Origin: Gammaproteobacteria bacterium
Lineage (GTDB): Bacteria > Pseudomonadota > Gammaproteobacteria > UBA4575
Direction: 5' to 3'
DNA length: 64,000 nt
Assembly (NCBI GenBank): GCA_033344735.1
Contig: JAWPMW010000001.1
Coordinates: 2,270,171 to 2,334,170, forward strand
The stretch's first letter is position 1; each line of letters opens with the position of its first letter. The position numbers and the translations under genes were made by a program. The notes beneath the pieces are model-generated. The model did not search any database and had not been told where the DNA came from. It was given only the letters and a program-made list of their open reading frames with translations. This document shows, in pieces, positions 20,711 through 31,946 of the stretch.

Positions 20711-22429
20711 TTAACCAACAAAGTTTGAGGTTATTAACTTAACTAAGAAGGTTTCAACATCTGATACTTCAATATCTTTGCTGTCTTTATCAGTACGATA
20801 TTTGTACTCCAGCCGGCCTGCTTTTAAGCCACGTTCACTGACGACCAAACGATGCGGGATACCAATTAGTTCATGATCCGCAAACATCATTCCAGGACGC
20901 AGATTACGGTCATCGAAAAGTACTTCGATACCTTTCTTACTCAAGCGCTGATAAATATCTTCACAGTAGGATTTTACCGTTTCTGATTTAGACATATTGA
21001 TTGGAATCAGGGAAAGCTGAAACGGCGCAAGCGACAATGGCCAAATAATTCCGTGGTCGTCGTAATTTTGTTCGATGGTCGCAGCTACGATGCGCGAAAC
21101 GCCAATACCATAGCATCCCATCGTCATAATTTTTTCTTTGCCGTTTTGATCTAAAACAGATGCATTGAGTTCGCGACTATATTTATCACCAAGCTGAAAA
21201 ATATGACCAACTTCTATACCACGTTTGATTTGAATAGACCCATTGCCGTCCGGGCTTGGATCGCCTTGCTGGATATTCCTCAGATCTGCGTGCTCTAGTG
21301 CAGTTTTTTGCGGCCAATTAGCATTCTTAATATGAAATCCTGCTTCGTTTGCACCACATACAAAATTTTCTAGTATGGCAGCTGCGTGATCTACTATTAC
21401 CCGACAATTAAGATCAATTGGGCCTATAAAGCCAGGCACAGAATTAGTTGAATTTTCAATTTCTTCATTGCTGGCAAAAGTGAGCGGACTAAATACGCCA
21501 TCAATTTTTTCTACTTTTACAGGATTTAGTTCATGATCCCCTCTAATAGCTAAGGCAATTACACCATTATCTTCAGATTTGACGATAAGCATTTTTATGC
21601 ATTGTTTTGTTTCAACTGCAAGCGCCTGACTGACTTCATCGATGGTTTTTTGTGTGGGTGTTGCTACTTTTTCAGAGCTTAATTTTTCGCCTAAATTGGT
21701 GTTTTCTTGATATGCGATAGGCGCTAATTCAACGTTGGCTGCGTAATTACTAGCGTCTGAAAAGGCAATGGCATCCTCACCTGACTTAGCAAGCACATGG
21801 AATTCATGAGAGCTATTACCACCAATAGATCCGGAATCGGCTTCAACAGCGCGGAACTCTAAACCTAGTCGATTAAAAATTTTTGTGTAAGCCTGGTGCA
21901 TGCATTGATATGTATTTTCCAGGCATTGCTGAGACTCATGAAAAGAGTAAGCATCTTTCATTATGAACTCACGTGCTCGCATGACGCCGAATCTAGGGCG
22001 AATTTCATCACGGAATTTTGTCTGAATTTGGTAGTAGTTGACTGGTAATTGCTTGTAAGAGCGAATTTCACGACGAGCAATATCGGTGATTACTTCTTCA
22101 TGCGTAGGGCCATAACAAAATTCGCGTTGATGGCGATCATTAAAGCGAAGCAGTTCTGGGCCATATTGCTCCCAGCGTTTTGATTCCTGCCATAGTTCCG
22201 CGGGTTGCACTGAGGGCATTAGTAGCTCCAGTGCGCCAGCCTGATTCATTTCTTCGCGGATTATAGCTTCCACTTTTCTTAGTGTGCGTAGCCCTAATGG
22301 CAGCCAGCTATACATACCAGAGGCCAATTTTCGAATCATTCCAGCTCTAAGCATTAGCTGGTGGCTGATAATTTCAGCGTCAGCAGGGACTTCTTTTAGT
22401 GTAGAAAGTGGGAAGTTGGAAACGCGCAT
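20711..22429 (-). CDS. proS: Proline--tRNA ligase
   Basis: 572 aa class II aaRS with INS editing domain; strong similarity pattern to bacterial ProRS. Confidence 0.9.
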   Translation of the reverse strand: MRVSNFPLSTLKEVPADAEIISHQLMLRAGMIRKLASGMYSWLPLGLRTLRKVEAIIREEMNQAGALELLMPSVQPAELWQESKRWEQYGPELLRFNDRHQREFCYGPTHEEVITDIARREIRSYKQLPVNYYQIQTKFRDEIRPRFGVMRAREFIMKDAYSFHESQQCLENTYQCMHQAYTKIFNRLGLEFRAVEADSGSIGGNSSHEFHVLAKSGEDAIAFSDASNYAANVELAPIAYQENTNLGEKLSSEKVATPTQKTIDEVSQALAVETKQCIKMLIVKSEDNGVIALAIRGDHELNPVKVEKIDGVFSPLTFASNEEIENSTNSVPGFIGPIDLNCRVIVDHAAAILENFVCGANEAGFHIKNANWPQKTALEHADLRNIQQGDPSPDGNGSIQIKRGIEVGHIFQLGDKYSRELNASVLDQNGKEKIMTMGCYGIGVSRIVAATIEQNYDDHGIIWPLSLAPFQLSLIPINMSKSETVKSYCEDIYQRLSKKGIEVLFDDRNLRPGMMFADHELIGIPHRLVVSERGLKAGRLEYKYRTDKDSKDIEVSDVETFLVKLITSNFVG

Positions 22430-22542
22430 TTGTAACGTATACTTGTAGTTGTTGGCGTAATGCGCGCCAGTAAATACCAGATTTAGCTTCTAAGCAAGTA
22501 CATCCTTGAAAATGTTAAATTAAGTCAGCAATTAGTTAAGTG

Positions 22543-22992
22543 TTAGTTGCAAAATTCTTCGATACTTTGATTGGCTGATGTGATGCGTTCTTGTCGTTCT
22601 TCTTCAGTCAGTTTGCGATAAAGACCGCCTTCTTTAATAGTGACTTGGCCTCTGCTTGTTAGAGAAGTAAGGTTTGTTTTCGCCTGTGCGCAATTTTCTT
22701 TTTTGATCTGATTGCTTTCGGCAAGTTGCTGTTGCTCATTTTTTTTCTTTTCACGAGCTTCACGTGAAGCATCTAGGCTTTTATTCAATTTCTTAGTCTT
22801 AGATATACTGTAGTTAGAAGCGGCAATGCTTTCGTCATCTACTAATTCAAAAGGAGTTCCTATCGGAGGCGGTGTTTGACTATAGATGGTATTTCCCGTT
22901 GGGCTGACCCATTTATATGCTTGTGCATTAACATTGCTAGCAATTAAAATTGATACCAAGGCTATCCCAACAATTGTTCCTGATTTCCACAT
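22543..22992 (-). CDS. DUF4124-domain secreted protein
   Basis: Signal peptide then YKWVSPTGNTIYSQTPPP (DUF4124 signature). Start set to internal Met (GGAG RBS); track ORF extends to 23190. Confidence 0.55.
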   Translation of the reverse strand: MWKSGTIVGIALVSILIASNVNAQAYKWVSPTGNTIYSQTPPPIGTPFELVDDESIAASNYSISKTKKLNKSLDASREAREKKKNEQQQLAESNQIKKENCAQAKTNLTSLTSRGQVTIKEGGLYRKLTEEERQERITSANQSIEEFCN

Positions 22993-23218
22993 GATAAAAA
23001 CTCCATTAGCGTAATGATTAAATTGTAGCAGAAGCATTGCTAATCCCAATGATCCACATGTCGATAAAATGGGGTGCATACGACGGAGCTGTCGATATCG
23101 GCGATAAGAGTAGCTAACAAAGCCGCTATCGCGGCCTAAGGCTGGATAAATATCAAGCATCATATACTGTGTCGAGAGTGATATACTCACAATTACACAG
23201 GTAATCCACTAAGGATCA

Positions 23219-24130
23219 TTGTTTATGGCTGATCGCAGGCTCCAAGTATTTTATACCGTTGCACGATTACTCAGCTTTACCAAAGCTGCAGAAACGTTGC
23301 ATATGACTCAGCCAGCGGTGACCTTCCAAGTGCGCCAGCTTGAAGACCATTTTGATACACGTCTATTTGACAGAACTCATAATCGTGTTGCATTAACAGA
23401 AGCTGGGCGTAAAGCATACGAGTATGCAGAAGAAATTTTCTCCTTGTATGCTGAAATGGAAAATACAGTAAAAGAATTAACGGGTGATGTCAGTGGTGCG
23501 CTAACCATGGGGGCTAGTACTACTATTGCAGAGTATATGTTGCCGGCCTTGTTGCGTGGTTTTACCGTTGAATTTCCAGATATTAATTTAAGGCTTAAAG
23601 TTTCAAATACTGAGGGAATAGTGTCTATGGTCGAAAATAGCATGATCGATCTTGGCGTAGTTGAAGGACCGGTGGCGAATAAAAATTTATTGGTAGAAGT
23701 GTGTCGAGTAGATCAGCTAGTTGTTGTTGTTCCGCCAGGGCACGAAATTGCCAATCGAGAATCTATTTCTCTGGAAGAGGTGATGAACTATCCGTTTATT
23801 TGCCGAGAAGAAGGATCTGGGACTCGCGAAGTGATACTGGATCATATGGTGGGACTGGGTTTGGATCGTAATAATCTCAATGTATCGCTTGAGCTTGGTA
23901 GTCCTGAATCAATTAAAGGGGCGGTTGAAGCTGGGATGGGTATTTCAATAGCGTCACTGGCGACACTGGAAAAAGAATTGAAATTAGGCACATTGGTTGC
24001 GGTGACTCTAGATCCTCCTATGGAAAGATCATTCTCTTTTGTTCGTCAGCGACAAAAATTTAGATTACGTGCAATGGAAAAACTGCTCGACTATGCACGT
24101 ACTTATTGTAGTGATGCATCAAATCATTAG
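23219..24130 (+). CDS. LysR-family transcriptional regulator
   Basis: N-terminal HTH (LSFTKAAETLHMTQPAVTFQVRQLE) plus LysR substrate-binding domain. Confidence 0.85.
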   Translation: MFMADRRLQVFYTVARLLSFTKAAETLHMTQPAVTFQVRQLEDHFDTRLFDRTHNRVALTEAGRKAYEYAEEIFSLYAEMENTVKELTGDVSGALTMGASTTIAEYMLPALLRGFTVEFPDINLRLKVSNTEGIVSMVENSMIDLGVVEGPVANKNLLVEVCRVDQLVVVVPPGHEIANRESISLEEVMNYPFICREEGSGTREVILDHMVGLGLDRNNLNVSLELGSPESIKGAVEAGMGISIASLATLEKELKLGTLVAVTLDPPMERSFSFVRQRQKFRLRAMEKLLDYARTYCSDASNH

Positions 24131-24191
24131 GTGAGCTAAAGTTTCAAAACTAGAAATTGTATTGCTACTTTTTTAAAATTGTTAGTCTTTT

Positions 24192-25274
24192 ATGTTTGAT
24201 TATTTGCGTGCTTGGTATGATCGTCACTTTTCAGATCCACAAGTTGTAATTTTATTATTATTTTTGCTGGGCGGATTCGCTGTTGTCATATTCGCTGGTA
24301 AAATCCTAGCGCCACTATTTGCAAGTATTGTGATAGCCTATTTGCTTGAGGGTGCGGTCTCGCTCCTTCAAAAAAGCAAAAGCCCAAGAATAATTGCTTT
24401 ATTTATTGTGTTTTCTATATTTATGGCAGTACTTCTTTTACTTTTATTTGTATTTATTCCCGTACTGTCAAAACAACTCTCAGAATTTTTCAAAGACCTG
24501 CCAATTATGGTTAGCCAAGGGCAGCAATTACTAATGCAGTTGCCGGAAAGATTTCCAAGTTTGATCAATCAAGAACAAGTGGACGATATGATGAAGTTTC
24601 TTGGCGGCGAACTAGTTAATTTTGGGCAAGCGCTTATTTCTCGTCCATTGGCCTCCGTGGTTGGGCTAATTACTATTCTGGTGTATTTAATTTTGATGCC
24701 ATTGCTTGTGTTCTTTTTGTTAAAAGATAAGTCAATAATTCTTCAGTGGTTGGAAGATTTTTTGCCTGGCGATCGGGATTTAACTAATGAAGTATGGTTT
24801 GAAGTTAATCAAAAGATAGCTAGCTATGTGCGCGGCAAGTTTATTGAGATATTTATTATAATGTCGGTAACTTACGTGACATTTACTTTTCTAGATTTGA
24901 ATTATGCAATGTTGTTGGCAGTGCTAGTTGGCTTGTCGGTGATTATCCCATACGCAGGTGCTGCCGTAGTCACATTACCGGTTATGTTTGTTGCTTATGC
25001 ACAATGGGGGATATCTAGCGAATTTGCCTATGTGCTAATTGCATATAGCATCATTCAATTTATAGATGGAAATATTTTAGTTCCGCTATTATTTTCAGAG
25101 GTAGTTAATTTACACCCAGTAGCAATTATTGCCGCAGTACTATTCTTTGGGGGTATTTGGGGTATTTGGGGAGTGTTTTTTGCTATTCCGTTGGCAACAC
25201 TAATCAACGCTGTGATTAATGCTTGGCCTCAAGTAGATATCGAGCAAAGCACAGATATTAAGGCTAATGATTAA
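24192..25274 (+). CDS. AI-2E family transporter (PerM/UPF0118)
   Basis: 360 aa, 7-8 TM helices, characteristic AI-2E family layout. Confidence 0.7.
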   Translation: MFDYLRAWYDRHFSDPQVVILLLFLLGGFAVVIFAGKILAPLFASIVIAYLLEGAVSLLQKSKSPRIIALFIVFSIFMAVLLLLLFVFIPVLSKQLSEFFKDLPIMVSQGQQLLMQLPERFPSLINQEQVDDMMKFLGGELVNFGQALISRPLASVVGLITILVYLILMPLLVFFLLKDKSIILQWLEDFLPGDRDLTNEVWFEVNQKIASYVRGKFIEIFIIMSVTYVTFTFLDLNYAMLLAVLVGLSVIIPYAGAAVVTLPVMFVAYAQWGISSEFAYVLIAYSIIQFIDGNILVPLLFSEVVNLHPVAIIAAVLFFGGIWGIWGVFFAIPLATLINAVINAWPQVDIEQSTDIKAND

Positions 25275-25389
25275 TTTGGTTGTAGTTTCAATTTGGGTTG
25301 AAATGGCCGCTCATTGAGTAAGATGAGCTTGTAAAGGCGAATGTGGCCGATTACTATTCCCTGCTATTTTATAGCGCACGGAGAGATGA

Positions 25390-26265
25390 ATGTTTAAAGG
25401 CAGCATGGTCGCGATTGCCACGCCAATGCAGGATGATGGTTCAGTTGATTTTGAATCGTTAGATAAATTGGTCGATTTTCATCTAGATAACCAAACTGAT
25501 GTCATTATACCCGCTGGTACAACCGGTGAATCTGCAACTCTAGATCACCAAGAGCACTGTGAAGTGATTAAACGCGTCGTTGATCGCGTCAAAGGCCGTG
25601 TGCCAGTAATAGGCGGCACAGGGGCAAATTCTACTTGGGAGGCGATTTCACTTACGCGCTGCGCAGCTGAGGCTGGTGTAGATGCATGTTTATTAGTCAC
25701 GCCTTATTACAACAAACCTACGCAAGAAGGTTTATTTCAACACTACAAAAAAGTCGCTGAAGAAGTTGATATTCCTCAAATCTTATATAACGTGCCTGGT
25801 CGTACCGCTTGTGACATGCTCCCTGAAACAGTAGCACGTCTGTCTAAAATCAAAAATATTGTGGGTGTTAAAGAAGCTTCCGGCGAGTTAGCGCGCGGTA
25901 TAAAAATTAGAGAATTATGTGGTCCAGATTTCATGATTGTGAGTGGCGAAGATTTTCAGGCGATGGAATCTATCTTAGCTGGTGGCCAAGGTGTGATTTC
26001 AGTGACTGCTAATGTAGCGCCAAAACTCATGCATGAAATGTGTCAAGCGGCACTAGCGGGTAATCGTGAAAAAGCACAAGAAATAAATGCTAAAATAGAG
26101 GACCTGCACCGTGATTTGTTTATTGAATCGAACCCTATTCCAACAAAATGGTCTCTACATGAAATGGGCTTAATTCCCCCAGGGCTGCGATTACCCCTTA
26201 CGCCTTTGGATAAGCAATATCATGATGTCATGCGCAGTGCATTGAAAAAAGCTGGCTGTATTTAA
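25390..26265 (+). CDS. dapA: 4-hydroxy-tetrahydrodipicolinate synthase
   Basis: MFKGSMVAIATPM N-terminus; DapA/NAL family. Confidence 0.9.
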   Translation: MFKGSMVAIATPMQDDGSVDFESLDKLVDFHLDNQTDVIIPAGTTGESATLDHQEHCEVIKRVVDRVKGRVPVIGGTGANSTWEAISLTRCAAEAGVDACLLVTPYYNKPTQEGLFQHYKKVAEEVDIPQILYNVPGRTACDMLPETVARLSKIKNIVGVKEASGELARGIKIRELCGPDFMIVSGEDFQAMESILAGGQGVISVTANVAPKLMHEMCQAALAGNREKAQEINAKIEDLHRDLFIESNPIPTKWSLHEMGLIPPGLRLPLTPLDKQYHDVMRSALKKAGCI

Positions 26266-26287
26266 ATATAATTACACAAATAAAAAC

Positions 26288-27337
26288 ATGAATAGAAATT
26301 TAATTAATATCTGTGTGTTAGTTTGTTCTCTGTCAGCGCTGCAATCATGCGCTTATGTGAAAAATATTGTTGGTACGAAATATGGTGAAGCTGGCAGTGT
26401 TGGAGGGCTTGAGGCGCCACCGGAATTAGTTACTCCAGAATGGGATGAAAGTTTAAAAATTCCACAAACTGCGAATGATCGTGTCAGTGCTATAGAAACA
26501 TATGGAAAAGCACTAGACGCAAGTGTTGCGCCAGAATATGTTGATGTATCTTTACGCCGTGAAGGTGACTTGCGTTGGTTAGAAGCAGAAGTCGATCCAG
26601 TTAATGTGTGGCCATTGCTACGTTCATTTTGGGCGAATCAAGGTATCGGCTTAGATAAAGATCTTCCGTCTACCGGGATAATGGAAACGGATTGGATCGA
26701 GCAAATTGATTCAAGTAATAGTGGCATTACCGGTGGGCGAGAAGTGGCTGCATCACGAAGTAAGTTTCGTATTCGCTTAGAGCGAGAACCTAATGCGGTG
26801 ACAAACATTTTTATTAGCCAGCGTAAAGCAGACTTACAAGCCATCACCGATCAGGGTGGTGTTTGGGCGGCAGCAAAAAGTGATCCTGAAGCTGAAGCTG
26901 AAGTGATGGTGAATTTGATGGAGCATATGGGTAAGTCACGCCAAGACGCTTTATTTGAAGTGGCTAATGCGCAAGGTCCGCGCTTATATATAGATTTGAA
27001 AGATGTAGATGGAATACCAGTTCTATTTGTTGGTGATCAATATAGTCGAGTATGGCGCCGTACAGGCATTGCTTTAGATAGAACAGGGTTAACTATATTT
27101 GAGCAAAGTAGAACGAAGGGTGTCTATTTTATTGACACTAGCAATTTAGACTTGCCTGATGGAACAAGTTTGCAAAGTTCTCGTTATCAAGTGCATTTGC
27201 TTCCACAAAGCGCACAAACTTTAATTACAGTGCATTTCGCAGATGATGCTGAGGGCAGAGTGGTTTCAGAATATGATGCTCGATTAATTTTGAATCAGAT
27301 TCTTAGCGCTTACCAAGTATTCCGTACCACAGGTTAA
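26288..27337 (+). CDS. bamC: Outer membrane protein assembly factor BamC (NlpB) lipoprotein
   Basis: Lipoprotein signal; conserved dapA-bamC adjacency. Confidence 0.6.
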   Translation: MNRNLINICVLVCSLSALQSCAYVKNIVGTKYGEAGSVGGLEAPPELVTPEWDESLKIPQTANDRVSAIETYGKALDASVAPEYVDVSLRREGDLRWLEAEVDPVNVWPLLRSFWANQGIGLDKDLPSTGIMETDWIEQIDSSNSGITGGREVAASRSKFRIRLEREPNAVTNIFISQRKADLQAITDQGGVWAAAKSDPEAEAEVMVNLMEHMGKSRQDALFEVANAQGPRLYIDLKDVDGIPVLFVGDQYSRVWRRTGIALDRTGLTIFEQSRTKGVYFIDTSNLDLPDGTSLQSSRYQVHLLPQSAQTLITVHFADDAEGRVVSEYDARLILNQILSAYQVFRTTG

Positions 27338-27347
27338 GTAATTTTAT

Positions 27348-28157
27348 TTAAGTGCGTTTGTCTTTTTCGATATATGCGTAAGCAGAGTGATTGTGAATAG
27401 ATTCAAAGTTCTCTGATTCTACTGTGTACGCATCGATGCGATCATCGTTATTCAGTTGTGTAGCGATATCACGCACTAAATCTTCAACAAATTTAGGATT
27501 ATCATAAGCGCGTTCAGTGACATACTTTTCGTCAGGTCGTTTTAATAATCCATATAGTTCGCAAGAAGCTTGTTTCTCAACCATTTCGATTAATTCTTCA
27601 ATCCATACAAAATCTTGGATACGCACGGATATAGTGATATGCGAACGTTGATTATGTGCGCCATAATCTGAGATGCTTTTTGAACACGGGCATAAACTAG
27701 TTACAGGAACAAGAACAACCACATCAGTACGGGCTTGATTATTATTAATCTCACCGCGAAAACATACTTGGTAGTCAAGTAAACTTTCTACACCGCTAAT
27801 AGGTGCCGTCTTTTTAACAAAGTAAGGAAATGTCATTTCAATATGACCGGAATCTGCTTCGAGACGCTCAGCCATTTTTTCTAACATATCGTTAAATGAT
27901 TTAACTGAAATCTCACGCTCGTATTCGTTAAGAATTTCTACGAAGCGCGACATGTGTGTGCCTTTGAAATTATGTGGCAAATTCACATACATGTTGAATT
28001 CCGCAATGGTATTTTGCTCGCCACCTGAACGATCTAATACACGAACAGGGTGTTTAATCCCCTTAATGCCGACTTTATCAATCGGTATTTGGCGGGTGTC
28101 AGCTTTATTTTGTGTATCTGGAATTGGTGTAACAACATCGCCAGCACTTGCGCTCAT
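27348..28157 (-). CDS. folE2: GTP cyclohydrolase FolE2 (type IB)
   Basis: [30 protein letters not shown] and [13 protein letters not shown] motifs, typical of COG1469/FolE2. Confidence 0.8.
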   Translation of the reverse strand: MSASAGDVVTPIPDTQNKADTRQIPIDKVGIKGIKHPVRVLDRSGGEQNTIAEFNMYVNLPHNFKGTHMSRFVEILNEYEREISVKSFNDMLEKMAERLEADSGHIEMTFPYFVKKTAPISGVESLLDYQVCFRGEINNNQARTDVVVLVPVTSLCPCSKSISDYGAHNQRSHITISVRIQDFVWIEELIEMVEKQASCELYGLLKRPDEKYVTERAYDNPKFVEDLVRDIATQLNNDDRIDAYTVESENFESIHNHSAYAYIEKDKRT

Positions 28158-28208
28158 GTTTCTAACCTCTTGATTAACATATAAAATTTATGGGGGTTTA
28201 TTTTCTTG

Positions 28209-30110
28209 TTACCCAGATACTACGTGAGCACTTTTGGCTTCGCAATCCCTCAGCGGATATATTTTGTTGATTCTGGCAGTGATTGATGCACTGTCTAAGC
28301 CGGCATCTGCAAGTAATTCTTCACGTGTGCCGTGCTCTTGAAAATGGTCAGGAAGACCTAAGTTCAATAATTTCACCGATATTTGTTGTGCAGCTACAAC
28401 CTCATTGACCGCGCTACCAGCTCCACCCATAACGACATTGTCTTCGACGGTTACTATTAAAGTATGGCTGTTGGCGATACGCACTATCATTTCATCATCA
28501 ATTGGCTTAACAAAACGCATGTTGATGACAGTGGCATTAATTTGGTTGGCTGCATCTAATGCACTGGCTAAGGTACTGCCAAAAGATAGTATCGCAATAT
28601 TTTTGCCTTCTCTAACTTGATCAGCCCGACCAATTTCTAATGTTTCAAAATTATTTCGTACAGTACTTCCAGGTCCGATGCCGCGAGGATAACGAATAGC
28701 GCTTGGGCCATTGATTTCAAATCCCGTTTGTAGCATTTGTCTTGTTTCGCATTCATTTGCTGGTGCCATGATAGTCATATTAGGAATGCAGCGCAGGAAA
28801 CTTAAATCGTAACTGCCAGTATGTGTCTTTCCATCTGGGCCCACCACGCCCGCCCGATCGATTGCAAAAAGAACAGGAAGATTTTGAACTGCGACATCAT
28901 GAATCAGTTGGTCATATGCACGTTGTAAAAAAGTGGAATAAATAGCCACAACAGGTTTATGTCCAGCAATTGCTAAACCGGCACCTACTGTGACTGCATG
29001 TTGTTCCGCGATAGCTACATCATAATAGCGATTTGGGAACTCTTTTTGAAAGCGTACTAATCCGGAACCTTCACGCATAGCAGGAGTAATTGCCACTAAT
29101 CGCGAATCTCTATAACCCATATCGCAAATCCAGTCGCTAAATACTTGGGTGTATGTTGGTTTTTTATTAGGAGCAGATGTTTTTTTAATACCAAGATTAG
29201 GGTTGAATGTTGGTACTGCATGATAGCCAACAGGATCCTGTTCCGCTGGCAAATAACCTTTGCCTTTTTTGGTGATGACGTGAAGAATTTTTGGGCCTTC
29301 GATTTGCTTGATATTGCGTAAAGTTTTAATAAGCGAATTTGAATCGTGACCATCCACTGGACCAAAATAGCGAATACCCATTTCTTCGAACAAAGTGCCT
29401 GGCGCAAACATACCTTTTACGTGTTCTTCCGTGCGACGAGCTAATTCCCACATTGGAGGCATAGGTTTGAGCAGGCGTTTGCTGCTTTCTCTTACGCTGG
29501 AGAATACGCGTCCTGATAACATGCGTGTTAGGTAGTTAGTCATTGCGCCGACATTTGGCGATATAGACATTTCGTTATCATTAAGAATGATTAACATGTT
29601 TGCGCGAATGTCGCCGAGGTGATTAAGTGCTTCATAAGCCATGCCAGCAGTAAGGCCACCATCACCAATAATTGGTATCGCTTGTTGAGCTCGATTATCT
29701 AATTGGAATGATAAATTCATTCCAAGTGCAGCACCTATAGAGGTGCTTGAATGGCCTACAGTAAAACAATCGTATTCACTTTCCTCGGGGCAAGGAAATG
29801 GGCCTAGGCCACCTCGTGTGCGAATCGATTCAATCTGATGCTTGCGCCCTGTAAGAATTTTATGCGGATAGCTTTGGTGGCCTACATCCCAGAGTAATTT
29901 ATCATTTGGTGTATTGAAGACATAATGCAATGCCACAGTTAACTCTATAACACCAAGACCAGCCGCAAAATGACCGCCGCTTTTAGAGACTGAATCAAGT
30001 AAATAATTTCTTAAGTCCTTGCAAACGTTCGGTACCTGTATCAGAGGCAAGTCGCGTAAATCTGCAGGAAACTCAATTTTGTCAAGAGTCGGATATTCTT
30101 TAGTGTCCAT
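28209..30110 (-). CDS. dxs: 1-deoxy-D-xylulose-5-phosphate synthase
   Basis: 633 aa; TPP-binding GDG...N motif; transketolase-like domains. Confidence 0.9.
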   Translation of the reverse strand: MDTKEYPTLDKIEFPADLRDLPLIQVPNVCKDLRNYLLDSVSKSGGHFAAGLGVIELTVALHYVFNTPNDKLLWDVGHQSYPHKILTGRKHQIESIRTRGGLGPFPCPEESEYDCFTVGHSSTSIGAALGMNLSFQLDNRAQQAIPIIGDGGLTAGMAYEALNHLGDIRANMLIILNDNEMSISPNVGAMTNYLTRMLSGRVFSSVRESSKRLLKPMPPMWELARRTEEHVKGMFAPGTLFEEMGIRYFGPVDGHDSNSLIKTLRNIKQIEGPKILHVITKKGKGYLPAEQDPVGYHAVPTFNPNLGIKKTSAPNKKPTYTQVFSDWICDMGYRDSRLVAITPAMREGSGLVRFQKEFPNRYYDVAIAEQHAVTVGAGLAIAGHKPVVAIYSTFLQRAYDQLIHDVAVQNLPVLFAIDRAGVVGPDGKTHTGSYDLSFLRCIPNMTIMAPANECETRQMLQTGFEINGPSAIRYPRGIGPGSTVRNNFETLEIGRADQVREGKNIAILSFGSTLASALDAANQINATVINMRFVKPIDDEMIVRIANSHTLIVTVEDNVVMGGAGSAVNEVVAAQQISVKLLNLGLPDHFQEHGTREELLADAGLDSASITARINKIYPLRDCEAKSAHVVSG

Positions 30111-30137
30111 TGTAAATAATGTTCATTGTGCTAATCG

Positions 30138-31076
30138 TTAGTGCTTTCGGCACACAATGTGTTCTGCAAGCATATGTAGCCACTTTGTAGGACTGTCTAA
30201 ATTTTCTAAACAATCCAGAGCTTGCTGGTAAAAGTTATCACAGCGTCGTTCAGATTCTTCTATACCTAAAATACTTACATAGGTAGGTTTATTCTGATCA
30301 CTATCTGAGCCCTGAGGTTTGCCTAATGTATCAGTGTCACTGATTACATCTAAAATATCGTCACGTATTTGGAAAGCAATACCAAGGTGCTCACCGAACT
30401 GTAACAGACTTGAGCGTTGCTGTTGGCTCAGTGTTGTACAGCATGTTTGAGTCATATCTATACATGCACGAATTAAGCAGCCGGTTTTTTGTCGATGTAT
30501 ATATTCCAATGCTTCAATTGAAATGTTTTTATCAACTGCTGCTAAGTCCATTGCTTGCCCACCAGCCATGCCCAAGGAGCCCACAGCATGTGCGAGCTGG
30601 TTAGTGAGTTGAGATCGTATCGCTGCTTCAGGGCCGTCTATAGATAAATTAGTTAGAAATGAAAATGCCAGAGCTTGCATAGCATCACCTGCAAGTATTG
30701 CTGTAGCTTCATCGTAAGCTCTGTGACAAGTAGGTTTCCCACGCCTCAAGTCATCATCATCCATGGCAGGTAGGTCATCATGAATTAATGAGTAGCTGTG
30801 CATGAGCTCTATTGCACCTGCAATACAGTCTATTTCAATTGGATTTATACCCAATGCTTCACCTGTAGCATACACAAGAGCAGGGCGGATACGTTTGCCT
30901 CCATTCATGGCTGAATAACGAATAGCGCCATGTAAGGTGGTTGGTGCTTGGTCTTTGCTAGGGAGGTTGTTATCGAAAAATAATTCTACTCGTTGGCTAC
31001 ATGTGGCTAAATACTCAGTTATCTCCGTCAAGAAAATCCCCCGCTGATTGTTCTGAATCAGGAAGCCATTCTTCAT
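30138..31076 (-). CDS. ispA: (2E,6E)-farnesyl diphosphate synthase
   Basis: FARM (LIHDDLPAMDDDDLRRG) and SARM (FQIRDDILD) motifs. Probable true start is the TTG at 31031 (track ATG at 31076 would overlap xseB by 62 nt). Confidence 0.85.
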   Translation of the reverse strand: MKNGFLIQNNQRGIFLTEITEYLATCSQRVELFFDNNLPSKDQAPTTLHGAIRYSAMNGGKRIRPALVYATGEALGINPIEIDCIAGAIELMHSYSLIHDDLPAMDDDDLRRGKPTCHRAYDEATAILAGDAMQALAFSFLTNLSIDGPEAAIRSQLTNQLAHAVGSLGMAGGQAMDLAAVDKNISIEALEYIHRQKTGCLIRACIDMTQTCCTTLSQQQRSSLLQFGEHLGIAFQIRDDILDVISDTDTLGKPQGSDSDQNKPTYVSILGIEESERRCDNFYQQALDCLENLDSPTKWLHMLAEHIVCRKH

Positions 31077-31278
31077 TTTCTTGGCTTAGAAAGGTAATTT
31101 TTTCTTCTGCCTGCTTGAGAGCATTTTGGCAGCCACGTGTTAGTGAAATTCCCTCTTCAAATAATTTTAGCGATTCATCTAATGATTGGTCGCCCGACTC
31201 TAGCTTTTCTACGACTTGTTCGAGTTTGGCCAATGATTTTTCAAAGTCTATTTTTGGGGTCGCTTTTTTACGAGGCAC
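31015..31278 (-). CDS. xseB: Exodeoxyribonuclease VII small subunit
   Basis: 87 aa; conserved xseB-ispA-dxs operon order. Confidence 0.85.
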   Translation of the reverse strand: MPRKKATPKIDFEKSLAKLEQVVEKLESGDQSLDESLKLFEEGISLTRGCQNALKQAEEKITFLSQENEEWLPDSEQSAGDFLDGDN

Positions 31279-31380
31279 AGTCTCTCCAAAATTTTGTTTA
31301 ATGGGTGTATTGTTAAACGGGTAGTTTTGCAGCGCAATAATGTTGACAAGTATTTTTACTTATTCTAGTCTTGCGCCACT

Positions 31381-31397
31381 TTTAGAATGATTCTAAA
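31381..31397 (+). promoter_or_regulatory. 17-bp palindromic candidate operator (Fur/PerR-like) upstream of rubrerythrin gene
   Basis: TTTAGAAT-G-ATTCTAAA, perfect 8-1-8 inverted repeat ~50 nt upstream of the rubrerythrin ATG and just downstream of a TTGACA -35-like hexamer. Confidence 0.45.
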
Positions 31398-31447
31398 TCA
31401 GAACGTTTCTCATTTAACTAAATATATATTAACTGGAGGTCATCCGA

Positions 31448-31867
31448 ATGTCTCTTAAAGGTACAAAGACAGAAGAAAATTTAAAGGCCGCATTTGCAGG
31501 AGAATCACAAGCAAATCGTCGCTATCTATATTTCGCTGCAAAAGCTGATGTTGAGGGATACAACGACGTAGCGACTGTATTTAGATCAACCGCTGAAGGT
31601 GAGACAGGACATGCTCACGGTCACCTGGAATACTTAGAAGAGTGTGGTGATCCAGCAACAGGTCTTCCATTTGGTGGCACAGACGACAATCTTAAAACAG
31701 CTATCGCTGGCGAAACTCATGAGTACACAGATATGTACCCAGGTATGGCTAAATCAGCACGTGATGAAAGCTTTGATGAAATTGCAGATTGGTTTGAAAC
31801 TCTTGCCAAGGCTGAGCGTTCACACGCGAATCGTTTCCAGAAGGCTCTAGATAACTTAGACGGTTAA
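31448..31867 (+). CDS. Rubrerythrin-family diiron protein (no rubredoxin domain)
   Basis: 139 aa ferritin-like; two ExxH motifs ([10 protein letters not shown]..., AGETHEY); GGAGG RBS. Confidence 0.75.
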   Translation: MSLKGTKTEENLKAAFAGESQANRRYLYFAAKADVEGYNDVATVFRSTAEGETGHAHGHLEYLEECGDPATGLPFGGTDDNLKTAIAGETHEYTDMYPGMAKSARDESFDEIADWFETLAKAERSHANRFQKALDNLDG

Positions 31868-31946
31868 GTTATTTGCGCTGCACATTGAGAATTTACTCAG
31901 TGTGCAGCTATCGCTTCGTTAATTTGAAATTTAAAAGGACAAACAC

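Noticed and set aside
22993-23190. N-terminal 66-aa extension of the DUF4124 protein
   Set aside because: The extension overlaps the divergent LysR promoter region; a signal peptide with GGAG RBS starts at the internal Met.
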